This document shows positions 40,641 to 54,735 of a stretch of DNA of 64,000 bases, piece after piece (positions within the stretch are counted from its first letter, which is position 1; the number at the start of each line of letters is the position of its first letter). The notes below the pieces were generated by a model. That model searched no databases. It saw only the letters and a list, made by a program, of their open reading frames with translations, and was not told the origin of the DNA. Source of the stretch: Eledone cirrhosa (taxonomy: Eukaryota); contig OZ024743.1 in NCBI GenBank assembly GCA_964016885.1, forward strand, positions 361,150,001 to 361,214,000, in the 5' to 3' direction. The translations under genes were made by a program, and so were the position numbers.

Positions 40641-40660
40641 ACTACAGGACTATATAGATA

Positions 40661-40695
<35 letters not shown>

Positions 40696-40719
40696 GGCGG
40701 GGGTGTATATAATTATAAT

Positions 40720-41122
40720 TAGTTTTGCAAGGTTTTTGATATGAAATCGTGTGTCGAAACAAATATTGTTATACTTGGTGAGGGTCATATTGTTGTAATA
40801 ATTGTTTCTACTTTTGGCACAAGGCCAGCAATTATCCCAGTGTATTACTGGTACTTTATTTTATCGACCCTTTAAGGATGAAAGGCAAAGTTAACCTCGG
40901 CGGGTTTTGAACTCAGTCCGTAAAGGGACGTAACTGTGCTGCAAAGCATGGCGTCCGACCCTCTACGGATACTGCCAATCCACCGCCCTTGTTGTAATAA
41001 TATTGCCAAAAATATTAACAGAACCCACTCACTGTTTGGTTGGCTTTCGCTTTTGTATCTTTTATATCTCCATAGTTAATTTATTTGGCAATCAATGTTT
41101 ATCATTGATTGACCAACGGTTA

Positions 41123-41164
<42 letters not shown>

Positions 41165-41198
41165 ATCAAAGTCTTTCATTGCAAATCTGCAACATCAT

Positions 41199-41239
<41 letters not shown>

Positions 41240-41905
41240 GTACATTAACAACAAACACATATAAACACACACTAGTAAACAAAGATAGAATACAAAAACA
41301 AAAACACATACTCTCAAACGCGAACACACACACCAAACATTATACACATTGTAAACGCATGCGCAGAGACGGAGAGAAGAAGGAATAAATAAATAAATAA
41401 AATAAAAATGGCCTAGACATACAATACAACAGGAGGAAACAATATTACCACTGGTGATGTTGCACATGTGCAACGAATGAACTTTGATAGACTATATATA
41501 TACATATATATATATGTGTATGTATATATATATATATATATATATTGGTAAACGGAATAGAAAATGCTGACAAATTGTTCACAGTTGAAAAATAGTTTAA
41601 TTAGGAATAAAAGAGTATTAGTAATTGTATGGGTTAGTATTCAGTTATGGTTTTAAGTTTCAGAGATCAGAGCAAACAACACGGACGCTCTATCTCAAAA
41701 TTATTTTTGAAAAGCATTTAGAAATGCGCAACCGGTAAAAACTTAAAAACTTAAAACCACAACTAAATACTAACCCATACAATCACTAATACTCTTTTAT
41801 TCCTAATTAAACTATTTTTCAACCGTGAACAATTTGTCAGCATTTTCTATTCCGTTTACCAATATATAATAACTTGTGTGTTACACCTCTATTCTTTTAA
41901 CTATG

Positions 41906-41945
<40 letters not shown>

Positions 41946-41995
41946 TATTTGGCAATCAACGTTTATGATTGTTTGGCCAACGTTTAAAAATACAG

Positions 41996-42069
<74 letters not shown>

Positions 42070-42232
42070 CTGTATTTTTAAATGTTGGCCAAACAATCAT
42101 AAATGTTGATTGCCAAATAAATTAACTACGGAGATATGAAAGAATACAGAAGCGAACACCAACCAAACAGTGAGTGTGTTCTGTTATTATTTCTGGCCAT
42201 ATTATTACAACTATATGACCCTCTCCAGGTAT

Positions 42233-42240
<8 letters not shown>
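40720..42240. mobile_element. Stack of nested (TA)n-separated fold-back modules
   Basis: Inverted pairs 40765-41130/42075-42240, 41158-41199/41453-41495, 41543-41660/41748-41866 and 41948-42003/42060-42118. Confidence 0.8.
40799..40987 (-). mobile_element. tRNA-SINE inserted into a pLTR-like module
   Basis: Full length; TSD ttgttgtaataat. Confidence 0.92.
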
Positions 42241-42270
<30 letters not shown>

Positions 42271-42377
42271 AGATTCAGGACCTCGACGGCTGAGCTCCGG
42301 CCGTTTCGATAGCTAGATCCGAACTTTTTACACCACCCTATCTGATATATATATATCAGATAGGGTGGTGGAACTCT

Positions 42378-42413
42378 TCCCCCGTTGATGGGCGTGAGCC
42401 CGAAATATTGGGA
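42378..42413 (+). ncRNA. Minimal hammerhead-like motif, variant core CCGUUGA
   Basis: uccc CCGUUGA u gggc guga gccc GAAA u AUU ggga. Confidence 0.55.
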
Positions 42414-44436
42414 TTAAATCTCTACTACGGTAACCCTTCTACTTTTGTTTTGTTTTCATCTTTGTCTCTCTCAACTTTCACTTTCACCTGTTTTTCCTAT
42501 CTATATTTCACTTCCTACCTCGAGATTTCCCTTTGCATTGTTGTGGCTTTCTTAAATACGTATTTTTACACATTTCACAATGCTTCAAGCAAACTTTAAC
42601 ACCCTCTTATATATATATATATATCTTAACCTGTCGCAAGCGCTGGGACCGCACTTAGTCATGGTCAAAAGACCGCCATCGCGGTACACAACCACCGCCC
42701 ACATTAGTTAATTCTTCCTTGATAGAGAAAAGAAAGAAAAGGCCGATAAGAACTGTAACCTCCACCGAATTGCTGGCGCCCATACTAACGTCCAATGGGG
42801 TACTATTAGATGTTTTTATCCAAATAGAGTCTTTGAAATTAATCACCGACTTACGGGTATTGAGGATGTCATCAACTTCGAAATCCTTAACCACCGTGAG
42901 CGTTTTAGCGAAATTGATAGCTCTAAGAAGAAGCGATGGAGGAGTAGTAATTATTGACGTCGAATTGGATAAAACGGCAAAGTTCTTTGCTGCATATGCC
43001 ATTGAACCAAACAATTACCGCGAAAGAATTATTCAAGAGTGCAAGAAGCGCCAAGCTTCTAATTTCAGGTATAATTCTATCTAAAATCCTTTTACTAAGT
43101 CTACCTAAATCAGACTTCGTATGGTTAATTAGCCGAATAGAAGGGTTGTTCGCGAATTTGGGTTTGTAATCCTTCAGGGTAAAGTGGGGAGAAATTGGGT
43201 CCAGATATTCAGTCCGGTCCTGATGTTGAGTTCAGAAGTGATTTTAAAGCATCATCGTTAATGTTATTAATGACACTTCGATTGGTTATACGGTAATCCT
43301 TAGTTACAGCATTATATAGCAGTTGATGGTAATTACTGCCTGCCCTCCACTTGATATAGATTACCAGTTTTGTCGGAGTGGACGTGCCTGGCATTAGAAT
43401 CCTTAATAGAACGAATTCTATTCTTCAGTCGGGGGTACGTGGTTTTGTATTTGCGTGTATTTGTTCTCATCGTCCACATAATGACGCATTATCTTCGCTT
43501 TTTTCCGTTCATTGCCAGGTAACGTCTTCACGAACCAAAATATCGTCTTCCTGTTTTCCCCCGGCTGCAACGTTTTTCGAAATATTTACTTCTACGTTCA
43601 CATCACATATTGATTTTTTATATTGAGAAGATCTCGTTAAGTGTGAAAGCAGCGACTTTTGCTTAAACCTTAATCTGTTATTTTAATAAATATTTGCCAT
43701 AGGGTTCTTATACATTTGATATATATTTATCATTATCGAGCCCTCTTTGGATTTTAGTCTTCACATTTATTATTTTTACTATTTGGCTCCTTAGGTTGAG
43801 CACTCTATTGACTTATATGCATCATGCAGAAAAAAAACCCAGAATATTTCTACAAATAATACACCCGTACCTAGCAGAAAGACATATTTAAAACTTCTTA
43901 TACAAAAATCGGATTCGCTCCTTAAAAGGGTGCATTGGCGTGCCTTTTATTTCGATAACCAGGAAAAAGGGGACAATAAACAGGATAAATTTGGGTTTAA
44001 AACTTATAATAACCCTCCAAATAACCCAGCGTTGCTATCCTTCGAAAACGATGTCTTGGAACTCATACGGAGTATCAAATTTCGTAACAGGAGTAATTCC
44101 TTCCAACAGGACCTGAAGAATATAATTCGTTCTATTAAGGATTCTAATGCCATGCAAGTCCACTCCGACAAAACTGGTAATCTATATCAAGTGAAGCGCA
44201 GCATTTACCATCAACTGCTACATAATGCTGTAATTAAGGATAACCGGAAAACTAATCGGAGTGTCATTAATGACATCAACGATGCTGGGTTTAAAATCAC
44301 TTCTGAACTCAACATCCAGGACCGGACTGAATCTCTGGACCCTATTTCTCCCCACTTTACCCTGAAGGATCACAAACCCAATTTCGCGAACAACCCGTCT
44401 ATTCGGCTAATTAACCCTACGAAGTTTGATTTAGGT

Positions 44437-47308
44437 CACCTTGATCACCTTGACCGACCAGTCTGTCGGGCGTGGTCGTTTCCGCTCGCGCGGGTACCAC
44501 TCGGCAGCTGCGTGTGTTCACCGATTATCAGTGAACCCGGCGTCATGTCCAGCCCATCTGAACTAGCATTGATCTCCCCATGGCTCTTTGAGCATTTACC
44601 AGCCTCTCTCTTCTCTCTTCGTTGTAGCCCAATTTCACTGCCATCTAACATTGTAGGTAAAACTGTGCTATTGAAGAGGTTGGCGAGGGTGGTCTTGTCC
44701 AACCTCCCCTTATGCTGTTGAACACCTTCCATCCGGCCCTTACTCTCCACGAGATCTCCCTCTCAATGTCTCGGCGCATGTTCACTTCTTATCCTAGGTA
44801 GATGTATTCCTCCACCTCCTCTATTTAATCACCGCCAACCACCATTCGACCTGTTGGTACGTTGTCGGACCGCATGAACTTCGTTTTCATGCGGTTAATC
44901 ATGAGGCCTACTGCAGAGCTTTTGGTGTCGAGCTCCGTCAGCATGGTCTGAAGCTGATCCGTGGTTTCAGCGATGAGTACGATGACATCGCCTTGCCAGT
45001 TAATGCCTCTGATGATCTCCTCGAGATACGCGGTGAAAAGCTTTGGAGAGATCGTAACTCCTTGCTTCACTCCCTTCTCGACCGGCACTCGTACGGGTGA
45101 TGACAGCAGAGCTATGTCGGTAGTGCATCCGGAATTCGGCTCCTTGAGCAGTTGAACGTATTGCGCCTCTACTCCTCGCGTCTGCAGCGAGTTCAGCACT
45201 GCGTTGATTTCGACGCTGTCGAAGGCCTTCTCGTAGTCTACGAACGCGACGCGAAGAGGTATCCTGTACTCTTTCGCTCGCTCAAGCAGTTATGTCAGAG
45301 TAAATATGAAGTCCATCGTGCTGTAGTTCTTCCGGAAGTCGGCTTGCTATCTCGGTTGCTGTTCGTCCAGATGACGTGATAACCTGTTCATTATTATCTT
45401 CGTGAACAGCTTGTACACGTGAGATAGCAGGCATAAGGGTCAGTAGTTCTTCAGATTTTCTCTTTCGCCCTTCTTTTATAGCAGGATGGTATTCGACTCT
45501 TTCCACTGCAAGGTTATTCTTCCCTCCTCCAGATACTGTGTGAATCACTCGGCGAGGATTTTCCAGAGCTGCTCCCCGCCTGACTTCAACACGTCCGATG
45601 TTATACCGTCTTTCCCTGCCGCCTTTCCGCTTTTCATCAAGCCGACGGCTCTTTTGACCTCACTAACAAGGATGGGTGGCATATTTTCTTCCTGTTGGAG
45701 TGACGGCACGGCTGCACATTCCCGGCAGACTTGAAGAGCTTGGTCTAGAAGCCTTCGCAAACCTTTTCCACCTCACCCTTGTCGCTGACCGGTACTCCAG
45801 CTGTGTTCTTCAGAGTCGTCACCTTCGGTCTGTACATTGCCATGTCCCTCTCGCATTTCTTGAGGCTCTTCTATTCTTCTGCGGCCTTCAGGAGCTTCTC
45901 CATCCGGTATGCCTAGAAGTCTCTCTTCAGTTGTTGACGTATTACTCTGCTGAGAAGGGAATATTTGAGGTGATCTTCAGGTGTCCGCTTCATATTCTTC
46001 CCCTTCTCAACCAACTTCATAGTTTCTCCCGAGACTCTTCTCTTCCGCTCCCTCGGGCACACACCCTTAGCCTTCATCAAGCACTCATTCAATTTCCTTA
46101 TCAGGCAGTCGTAGTCAGCGTCTATGCCGTCTCCTTGACGCCAGTTTTCCTGCATGATGGCTTCCTGAAGCTGCGCCTCTTTGAAGACCCGGACGCGTTC
46201 TCCCTTCGACGCCAAATGCAGCGCCTTCTTCTCCCGGCTATGATCAGTGCCAGTGTTGATTGGCGTTATGACTGAGACGTCCTGCAGTATGCGTCGCTTG
46301 TTGACCAGGATGTAGTCGATCTCGTTTCGGTGCTCAGAATTTGGCGATACCCAGGTCCATCTCTTCTCCTCCTTCTTCCTGAATAGGCTGTTTCCGATGT
46401 AGAGCCGTCTCGCCTGCGCCATGATGACCAGACGCCCTCCTCTCTCATTTCGCTCTCCTAGAACGAGTCTTCCGACATACTCTTCCCATTGCCGTCCCTG
46501 TCCGACTTTTGTGTTGAATTCTCCCATCACGACGGTTTGTCTAGCTGGCAATAGAATTATTTGTCTAGCTGGCGATAGAATTATTCCACTTCATCGTCGA
46601 CCCTGGCACTTGTGGGAGCGTAGGTCCGCACGATCTTGAAGGTGGCCTTCCCTGAGAGGTTCACGTTCAGTACACCAATCCGTGACGATATGAACTGGCA
46701 AGAAGCGACCTTCGAAGCCCTTTCCTTGCTTACGATGAACCCTATACCTCCGACCGATCTGGCACCCTCTGCTTTCCAAAGTCTTACGGCGCATCCATCT
46801 TGCCATCGTGAACTCGCTTCCTTCTTCTGGAGGGTCTCGCACAGCCCTAACATGTTGCACCTGATCTTCTTCTTCTCCTCCATTAGGTGCTTCAGTCCTT
46901 GCCCCCTGCCAAAGACCTGCAGTTCTAAGAACATATGGCAAGGTTAGTCCTGTTCCATGGCGGGCTTCGGGAACTTGTGATTCTTAGCAGCCTCTTGCTG
47001 CTCGGGTTGCACTCCGTCGTCGTGGAGTGGCCCGATTGATGTGCAGGGTACTTAGGCCCTTTTCTTCGTGCTGTGTTACCCATAAGATGACGCTATCCCA
47101 CTGGCTGCGCGGGTAGGCCGCTACCTCTTCAGTTTAGCTAGCTTTTGAACACTAGAAGATGATGAATCATATCTAGGACCAATAGTCTGATACCTGTGTA
47201 GCATGGTAAAACCTGCCAGGACATTGAGTCCCGCTATCATAGCTATCAGACAGTCAGGGTCACCGCTGCGCCACTTTGAGGCACTGAAGTAGGATTTTTT
47301 GCAGAGGC
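44437..47308 (-). mobile_element. GC-rich RTE-1-like LINE inserted into the PLE ORF
   Basis: TSD tgatttaggt at 44427-44436 and 47309-47318; 3' tail of tcaaggtg repeats; motifs LGLCET, YAPTS, GEFNTKVG, NEIDYIL, TDH, GKAAGKDGI and GVKQG..ISPKLF. Confidence 0.93.
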
Positions 47309-48195
47309 TGATTTAGGTAGACTTAGTAAAAGGATTTTAGATAGAATTATACCTGAAATTAGAAGCGTGTCCCTTCTTCAAAGTGAAATAATTCTTTCGC
47401 GGTGATCGATTGGTTCAATGGCATATGCAGCAAGGAATATTGCCGTTTTATCCAATTCGACATCAATAACTACTACTCCTCCATCACTTTACCACTTCTT
47501 CTTAGAGCTATCAATTTTGCTAAAACGCTCACGGTGGTTAAGGATTTCGACGTTGATGTCATCCTCAATGCCTGTAAGTCCGTGATAAATTTCGACGACT
47601 CTATTTGGATAAAAAAAAATCTAATAGTACCCCATTGGACGTGAGTATGGACGCCAGCGCTATTCGGTGGGGGTTACATATCTTATTGGCCTTTTCCTTC
47701 TTTTTTCTATCAAGGAAGATTCCCTAATGTGGGCGGTGGTTTGTACCGCGATGACGGTCCTTTGACCAAGACTAAGTTCCGTCCCCGCACTTGCGACAGG
47801 TTTAGAAAAGAACTCACAGCTTTCTTTAAAGGCTTCAATCTCTCTATACATGTTGAGGCCAACCTTTCGGTCGTAAACTACCTCGACGTTACCCTCAATT
47901 TGTCTTATGGATTGCACTACCCTTATAGGAAGCCGAATGACACACTTAACTCCGAAGCCGAGAATCATTCGGTTTCCTAAATAGAATATTAATCTACGAC
48001 TCCATTTATACCATATACGTGGTTTTGTCATTGCGTGTATTTGTTCTCTCGCTCCACATAACGATGTATTACCTTCGCTTTTTTCCGTTCATTGCCAGGG
48101 AACGTCTTCACGAACCAAAGTATCGTCTTCCTGTTTTCCTTCGGTTGCAACGTTTTTCGAAATATTTACTTCTGCGCTCACAGATTGATTTTTTT

Positions 48196-48246
48196 AGTTT
48201 CAGAAGATCCCGTTAAGGGTGAAAGCAGCGATTCTTTGCTCAAACT
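48196..48246 (+). ncRNA. Hammerhead-like motif in PLE pLTR, core CAGAAGA (decayed sister copy near 43620-43670)
   Basis: aguuu CAGAAGA uccc guuaa gggu GAAA gca...ug CUC aaacu. Confidence 0.65.
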
Positions 48247-51200
48247 TTAATCTGTTATTTTCATATATATATATATATATATGAAAGAAATCCTCAACTT
48301 TTGAATGAGAACGATGCCTTGGCGGAAGAAATATATATGCAGTCGATGTGGATTGAGGATTTTCGAATAAATGCTGTTAAATTGTAGAAAAATGGGGGAA
48401 GTGGATTTTGAACCAGTATAATTGGTAAATCTGTTTGCCGAAATAAATAAATTTGTGAAAGAATAAATTTTGATGATTAGCTTTTTAACTGAATTTAAGG
48501 TTGTACCCGAGAATTGAAATGGACGAGATATTTTCTCAGTTACTGTGAAATATGAGCTAGAAATGAAGGAAAAATTATTTAATGCCAAATATATAATACC
48601 ATAATCATTAGTAATTCAATTCAATGAATTGGGATTAGTGTGAGTATTATAAGAGTGGCTTTTTAGTGTTTCACTGTGAATATTGTGAGAGATACGATGG
48701 TTCTTTGTGTAGTATGTTCACAAGCTCCTAATTATGAATTTTATGATGTCATTCAATACTAAAATTAATTATAGTCAACTGCGTATCTCTTTGAGTTAAT
48801 GTGCTGAATCCATCTACAATTTGATTCCTTCCTGTATTCAAATTATTCAGCATTTCTAAACAGATTCATGACAAACTTTAAAATGCTACATTGTGATTTC
48901 CTTTTGAGTTTAATACAAATATTAAAAGTATTTTGTTCATAATATTCCGTATTTCTTACTTCAGCCTTTACACATTTGAATATCACACACATAGCAATGT
49001 AATTAATTTTGGTTTCCTTTTCTTATGTGATCTGATTCACAAAGGCTGAGGTAATATATTCATTGCACAGGGATATATAATAGTCAATCATACATCTAAG
49101 GCTGTACTATTGTAGAAATAAGTCACCTTTCCTGTATTTTACTAAGATGGAGGGGTCTTTACTAGGCTTATGCAATTTAGAGATCATTTCTATAGAAATC
49201 AAATACTGTAGAATTGGATAAGCCATTATCATGAATGGAAAATACTTCTCTTTTAAGTCAGTAAATGAACATGCAGCTTGATTGCTTTCACTTGGTTTAC
49301 AAAGCAATATCCTGTATAAATTAATCGTTATCTAACCCGATTTAGCATACCTAAAACAGATTTCAAATAACCTTTTTTGTAATAATAATCTTGATACAGT
49401 AACTAGATGAGTGCATAGACACATTTGCATCATACTATAATAATCTTATTCATTTGAACTGAAAGAATTAATATAATGATTAATGTGAAGAATTTTCCCC
49501 AATGCAATAATCCTCATTAATTGAAGTCACTGCAATAATATATTCACGTTTATACGTATTTCATTTATTACATCCAGTACTCCTTATATTTTTTTATTAA
49601 TTTCTTTTTTATAGGTTTTTAATTTTTATTATTTCCCAAGTCATTTATGTTACATTATTGGCAAAAGACAAACTACTAAAACGAACATGTTACAGAATTA
49701 TAGAATTACTTTCTTAGAAATATTTCATTTATTTTCTAAATTCTTTTCTTCTATACCTGTAATATTGATTAATTTTTCGAAGTTATATTACTTCTAAATT
49801 TTTCTAATAATTTTCGTGTATTTCAGTATTCAATTTCTGCCACTAAACGTATTCGGAACTCATGATTTGGTGCAGTTTTCCCTAATAAATAGATGTGTAG
49901 TAACTAACAATATGTTTTTGCTGTTGTTAGTGTTGTTGTTACACTATAATTACCTGACCTACAATTCAATTTAATGAATTTTGGAGAACAACTCCAACCA
50001 CAGCTAATTGAAATCATTCGATTTTTCTTTAATTTGTCGTTTCATACGAAAATTTAAAAATCGAAATTCATAATAATAGAAGCATTTCATCGAAATGAAT
50101 AGAGGAAAACGGGTTTTTTAAAGAAACACTCTTAATACCTTTCGTGAAATTTTATTTTGAAATCAATGTAAACAAATTATTATTCACTGAAGTAGTTTAT
50201 AATAATAATTCGAATTTTCTTAAATTTAATTATGAACGCTAGTTGTTAATCAACTGCATACTAGTCTATAAATTCAAGCACCACTTGAAAAAAATTACAA
50301 TATCAACTCTTATTAAACGTTCCAATACAAAACTGCTAACTCTTGCTTACATCCAGAAATGTATGCAATGTAAAGAGAATTATATTGAGAAAATCATGAA
50401 TGTAAATTTTGAAAGGCAGGAATTTATCTTAAAAAACTGTTTGAACATGAATAAAATTATGTTTTCTGTTAATTAAACAACATGACTGAGGTTACACAGT
50501 TTATACAATTTAATGTTATTTTTACTGACAGCCTACATTGATATAGAGTTGTTTATTAAAGCTTTCTATAGATTTAAAGAAACGAGTTCAACAAATTACG
50601 TTCAACCTTAAACTAATGAGAAAATTAACTTTACTAATTTCAGATATATGGTGAGTAGAATTGTACAATATGGACATTTTGAGAAATTAGATAGAAATGG
50701 AAATAATGAAATAAATCTTGGCAAATATATTCAATAATTCGAAAAGAAATAAAAAAATATTAATAACATTGAGTAATGCTACCTAGCATTTCTTTCTAAC
50801 ATTTAAGTGTAATATATTTAGCTTACTGCATCCGTTAAAACACGTTATTCTTTTACTTATTCAAATCCTACTAGAAGACCATAACCGTATCAAATACAAG
50901 TGAAGCAGTACTGACATAGCTGTGGTAGAAATTAAGTAGCAATAGTTAAATGTGGCTATCGTTTGGTTTTCATTCATACCTGCTGTTATTTGTGTTCTAT
51001 TCTTTTCATGGACGAGAAACAAACTACTAGCTCTCTGTGTTCTGAGTCGAAACATACGAGAAGGTAATGTTGCTTCTCATTAATAATTGGTCAAATAAAA
51101 TATGTCCCGTTTATGTACAGTTGCCGACTCAATTGATAATACACCCCTTTAAAATGCATAGCCATATGCTATTCTAATACTCGATATTAATATTATAGCG

Positions 51201-51654
51201 GACATGATGAGTGGAACTGCGTCTATTATCGTTTGACATACTAGAAATAGCAACAATAAAATAAAAGGGAAATGTTAGGTAAAGTCGACCCAGACACTTT
51301 AGGTTTCAGCAAAGTAAATCCGCAATGGAAATGGAGGAAACGTCTTTGCTCATAGATCTGCAGTGCTGATGTGCAACTTAAAAAGTAAATTCAATTAAAT
51401 TTCTGGTGAAACTAATTCTTAATGTAGTTTTGATACTCAGTCGAAGCCCCTTTACCTATGTATCTAATGCTTCTAGGAAGAGAATATATGCCATATATTA
51501 TTATTTCTTATCTACCTCGACAAATAGAGGACTTTGTGTTGTGTTCACGATAATCAAATATGTTTTGCGTTGTTATCTAAATTAAGGGCACGACCTGGTT
51601 CACGAAACTGCCTACCTATGAGCGATCAAATTACAATCCTTTACATTCTAAATT

Positions 51655-51795
51655 AAAATGGAGCCGACCTCAGCTTTAATCATTTCCCTGTCGATAAAAA
51701 GTAAATACTGCTTCTTTTATTCATTCCACACCCACCAATCCAAAATATACGAGCAAATTGCTTATCTTGTGCCTAAGTTAGAAATAATTATTATT
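51655..51795 (+). mobile_element. Old, highly diverged SINE remnant
   Basis: gtcgataaaaagtaaatac and cttgtgcctaagttagaaataatta resemble the SINE 3' half. Confidence 0.5.
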
Positions 51796-53405
51796 GCTTC
51801 TACAATGATTTCCTCCTCCGGAAGGATGTTGAACTTCTTTGAAAAATTTCGCTAACATAAGTATCGATTAAAGTAATTATTTTATCAAAACATTAGCCCA
51901 TAGACTACTAATATTTTATTAATTAAAAGCATAGATTTTGATGTCTTAATCAATTTTTTTTTGTTCTTTTCAATAACATATATAGAATACTATCAAATAC
52001 ACGAGACATCAAAACAAAATAAAATATCGGAGCCGACTCTTTTAGTGTACACATAATTGATTAATAATAGTTGAAGCAAAGGGTTCATTTAAAGTTGATG
52101 GCATTTTTCTTGAGATTCAATAATTGATTTGTCTCTTCTTTCTCATTAAATCAAAGATAAATTTCAATTGACCAGCAGATAGTTAAATTCATTCTGTATA
52201 TTAGTGAAACCCTCTGAGAATCCATAACAATATTTGAATTTATTATTTTGTGTTCTTTGGCCGACCTTTCTCTTCAATTCGATATTGCCAATAAGCTACC
52301 CAGATGAAACATCAGAATTGAAACGAATATTATAGCTAATATTTAACACATTTTACAAATTGTAAATATTCGCTTAATTGCAGTTTGGTATCGTTTGTTT
52401 GTATGTTTCTCGTGAAATTAAAGCATTTAGTCCAATATGTATTTCCATATCGGACCGTGTAATATTTCATATGTACTTCTCTGCATGGTATACAACATTA
52501 CAAGCTACAGCTCAATACGCAAAAGCCTGAAACCTAAATTGTTTTACAATGTATTTAAGGCAAAACTATAAATCTCGAACACCCGGTTTCTATAAATTTT
52601 AGTCAATTTGATGTCTAGAAACAGAAATAGAAAAAACACTCGTTTGAAGATTTTCTAGAAAATAGATCTAGATGTTGCATTGCACTCAATAGTACTTATA
52701 TATATACGATTTGTTCAGTGTATATTTCTTTTTGTTTTCCACTTGGCTAGTTGTTCTCGAAAACATCGAGTGCTACATTGAATAAAATTATCCCTTGAAA
52801 TAAAAAAAAAAGAAATAATCTTTTTTAAAGTTTAAGGTTATACAAACGGACTTATCTAGTTTAATATGACATTTCTAATTATTGCATATTTCTATACAGG
52901 GTATATATATTATTTTGAAGTAAATTTGTAAATATATATCAGAAGGCAACAATTTCAACGTCGTTTGTTTGCTGTTATCTGACACTAGGTATTTAAAATT
53001 CAATGAATATGTCTATTAGAATGTAGGCATTAGTTCTATAATCATACCTGCTTAATCAGCTTAATGATCAGTGACTTTAGCTGTGATATTTAATAACGTT
53101 GAGATCGAAATATCATTCAGTTTCTGTTGTATCTGAATTTAGTAACTTTATTTTATTTCATTATGCAGCAAAAGCGTGGCATTGTCACAGATATCTCCAT
53201 GTTAAAATAAGCAGAAACAGACAATTTATTTTCGCCTGGAATTTCATCATCTCTTGACCTTTTATGTTAATTACTTCTGCCCCAGTGAATAATTTAACCA
53301 GTGGTTTCCATTTCAATGGATTGATCACTTGAAAATATCGCTTTTGATCTGTAAAATTATACGTTCTCATTCAGTTACTTAATGACAAGATTATCACGAT
53401 TATCA

Positions 53406-53406
<1 letters not shown>

Positions 53407-53496
<90 letters not shown>

Positions 53497-53612
53497 ACAC
53501 ACACACACACACATCATGCATTGAACCACACTGTTATTAAGACAAAACCTATATATTTGCTAGCATTGATATGCATCTGTATGTATATATATGTTACTAG
53601 ATATGAATTCTT

Positions 53613-53671
<59 letters not shown>

Positions 53672-53675
53672 TATA
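53407..53675. repeat. (CA)n and (TA)n microsatellites
   Basis: Direct reading. Confidence 0.97.
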
Positions 53676-53779
53676 TAGATATATATGGGGAGGGGGGAGG
53701 GCATAACCTTATTTAATCTTACCTGTGTTTATATAATATCCCCTTTTTTATTCCTCAATTCCTATAATGAGAAGATTGA

Positions 53780-54290
53780 TAAGAGAAACAACATCATATT
53801 AGTTTAGCAATGTCAGGATATCAGTTGACATTGTAACCCAGAGAGGTCAGCTTCGCTATGACTCTTTGTAATAGCATAGATTTGATAAATCCCTCATTAT
53901 CTATTCACAAGCAGAAGCATTGAATCTACAAATAGTTTCCACTGTACATGATTCGAGGTTAAGGATGTCATCTATTTCAAAACAGACGGGGGTGACAGGT
54001 GTAGTTAGTGAAGTTCTGATGACTAACGAGCAATGGTCTTTAGTTCCTTGATAAAGGTTCTCATTTGATATAAACACTGAAGTCACAATAAACTTTTCCT
54101 AACAACTCTGAAATCTTTGAAAACAATTCCTAATAGTATATACAATGTGGGATCTAAGTTCAGATTTGTACATTGGATACGATTCCCGATCAGCATGTGT
54201 AGAATATTTGGAATATTTATTACGTTTGAGCATGTAGAAATCAGTATCATGAGGGAAGGCACTATAAAATGCGCGCAAAGAATCATAATG
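53780..54290 (-). mobile_element. Possible highly degenerate LINE RT fragment
   Basis: IVFKDFRVVRK..ENLYQGTK weakly resembles the RTE RT segment between motifs A and B. Confidence 0.3.
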
Positions 54291-54334
54291 CAGGGATGAG
54301 TAGTATATGTGGCAGCTCACCTGTTCAAAGCATA

Positions 54335-54335
54335 T

Positions 54336-54434
<99 letters not shown>

Positions 54435-54435
54435 T

Positions 54436-54477
<42 letters not shown>

Positions 54478-54629
54478 CACTAGAATTATTAGCGACAATA
54501 ACAATAATTCATCTAAGATTTTTAGGGATATTTAAAGATATAACGCATTTGTTCTTTTTTTTATTGTTTGTGTACAGTTTCGGTATTAGTCTCCATTGGA
54601 GGACGACTAAGTAGTAGTAGTAGTAGTAA

Positions 54630-54694
<65 letters not shown>

Positions 54695-54735
54695 CTGGCA
54701 TTATTATTATTATTAGTAGTAGTAGTAGTAGTTCC
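54335..54735. repeat. (CTA)n/(TAA)n tract followed by an oppositely oriented (TAG)n tract
   Basis: Direct reading. Confidence 0.95.

Larger units (their letters stand above)
42625..48263 (+). mobile_element. Penelope-like element: inverted RT piece (42625-43428), pLTR (43436-43685), ORF interrupted by an RTE, and second pLTR (48016-48263), flanked by (TA)n
   Basis: STNNTPVPS...KRVHWRAFYF, SDKTGNLY, TLKDHKPNF..RLINPTK, FIQFDINNYYSSI, GGLYRDDG and VNYLDVTLNL..YRKPND; direct pLTR repeat of about 250 bp. Confidence 0.92.

Noticed and set aside
48300-53400. Host gene exons in the AT-rich single-copy-looking stretch
   Set aside because: Only short ORFs without recognisable domains; small exons cannot be excluded without RNA-seq
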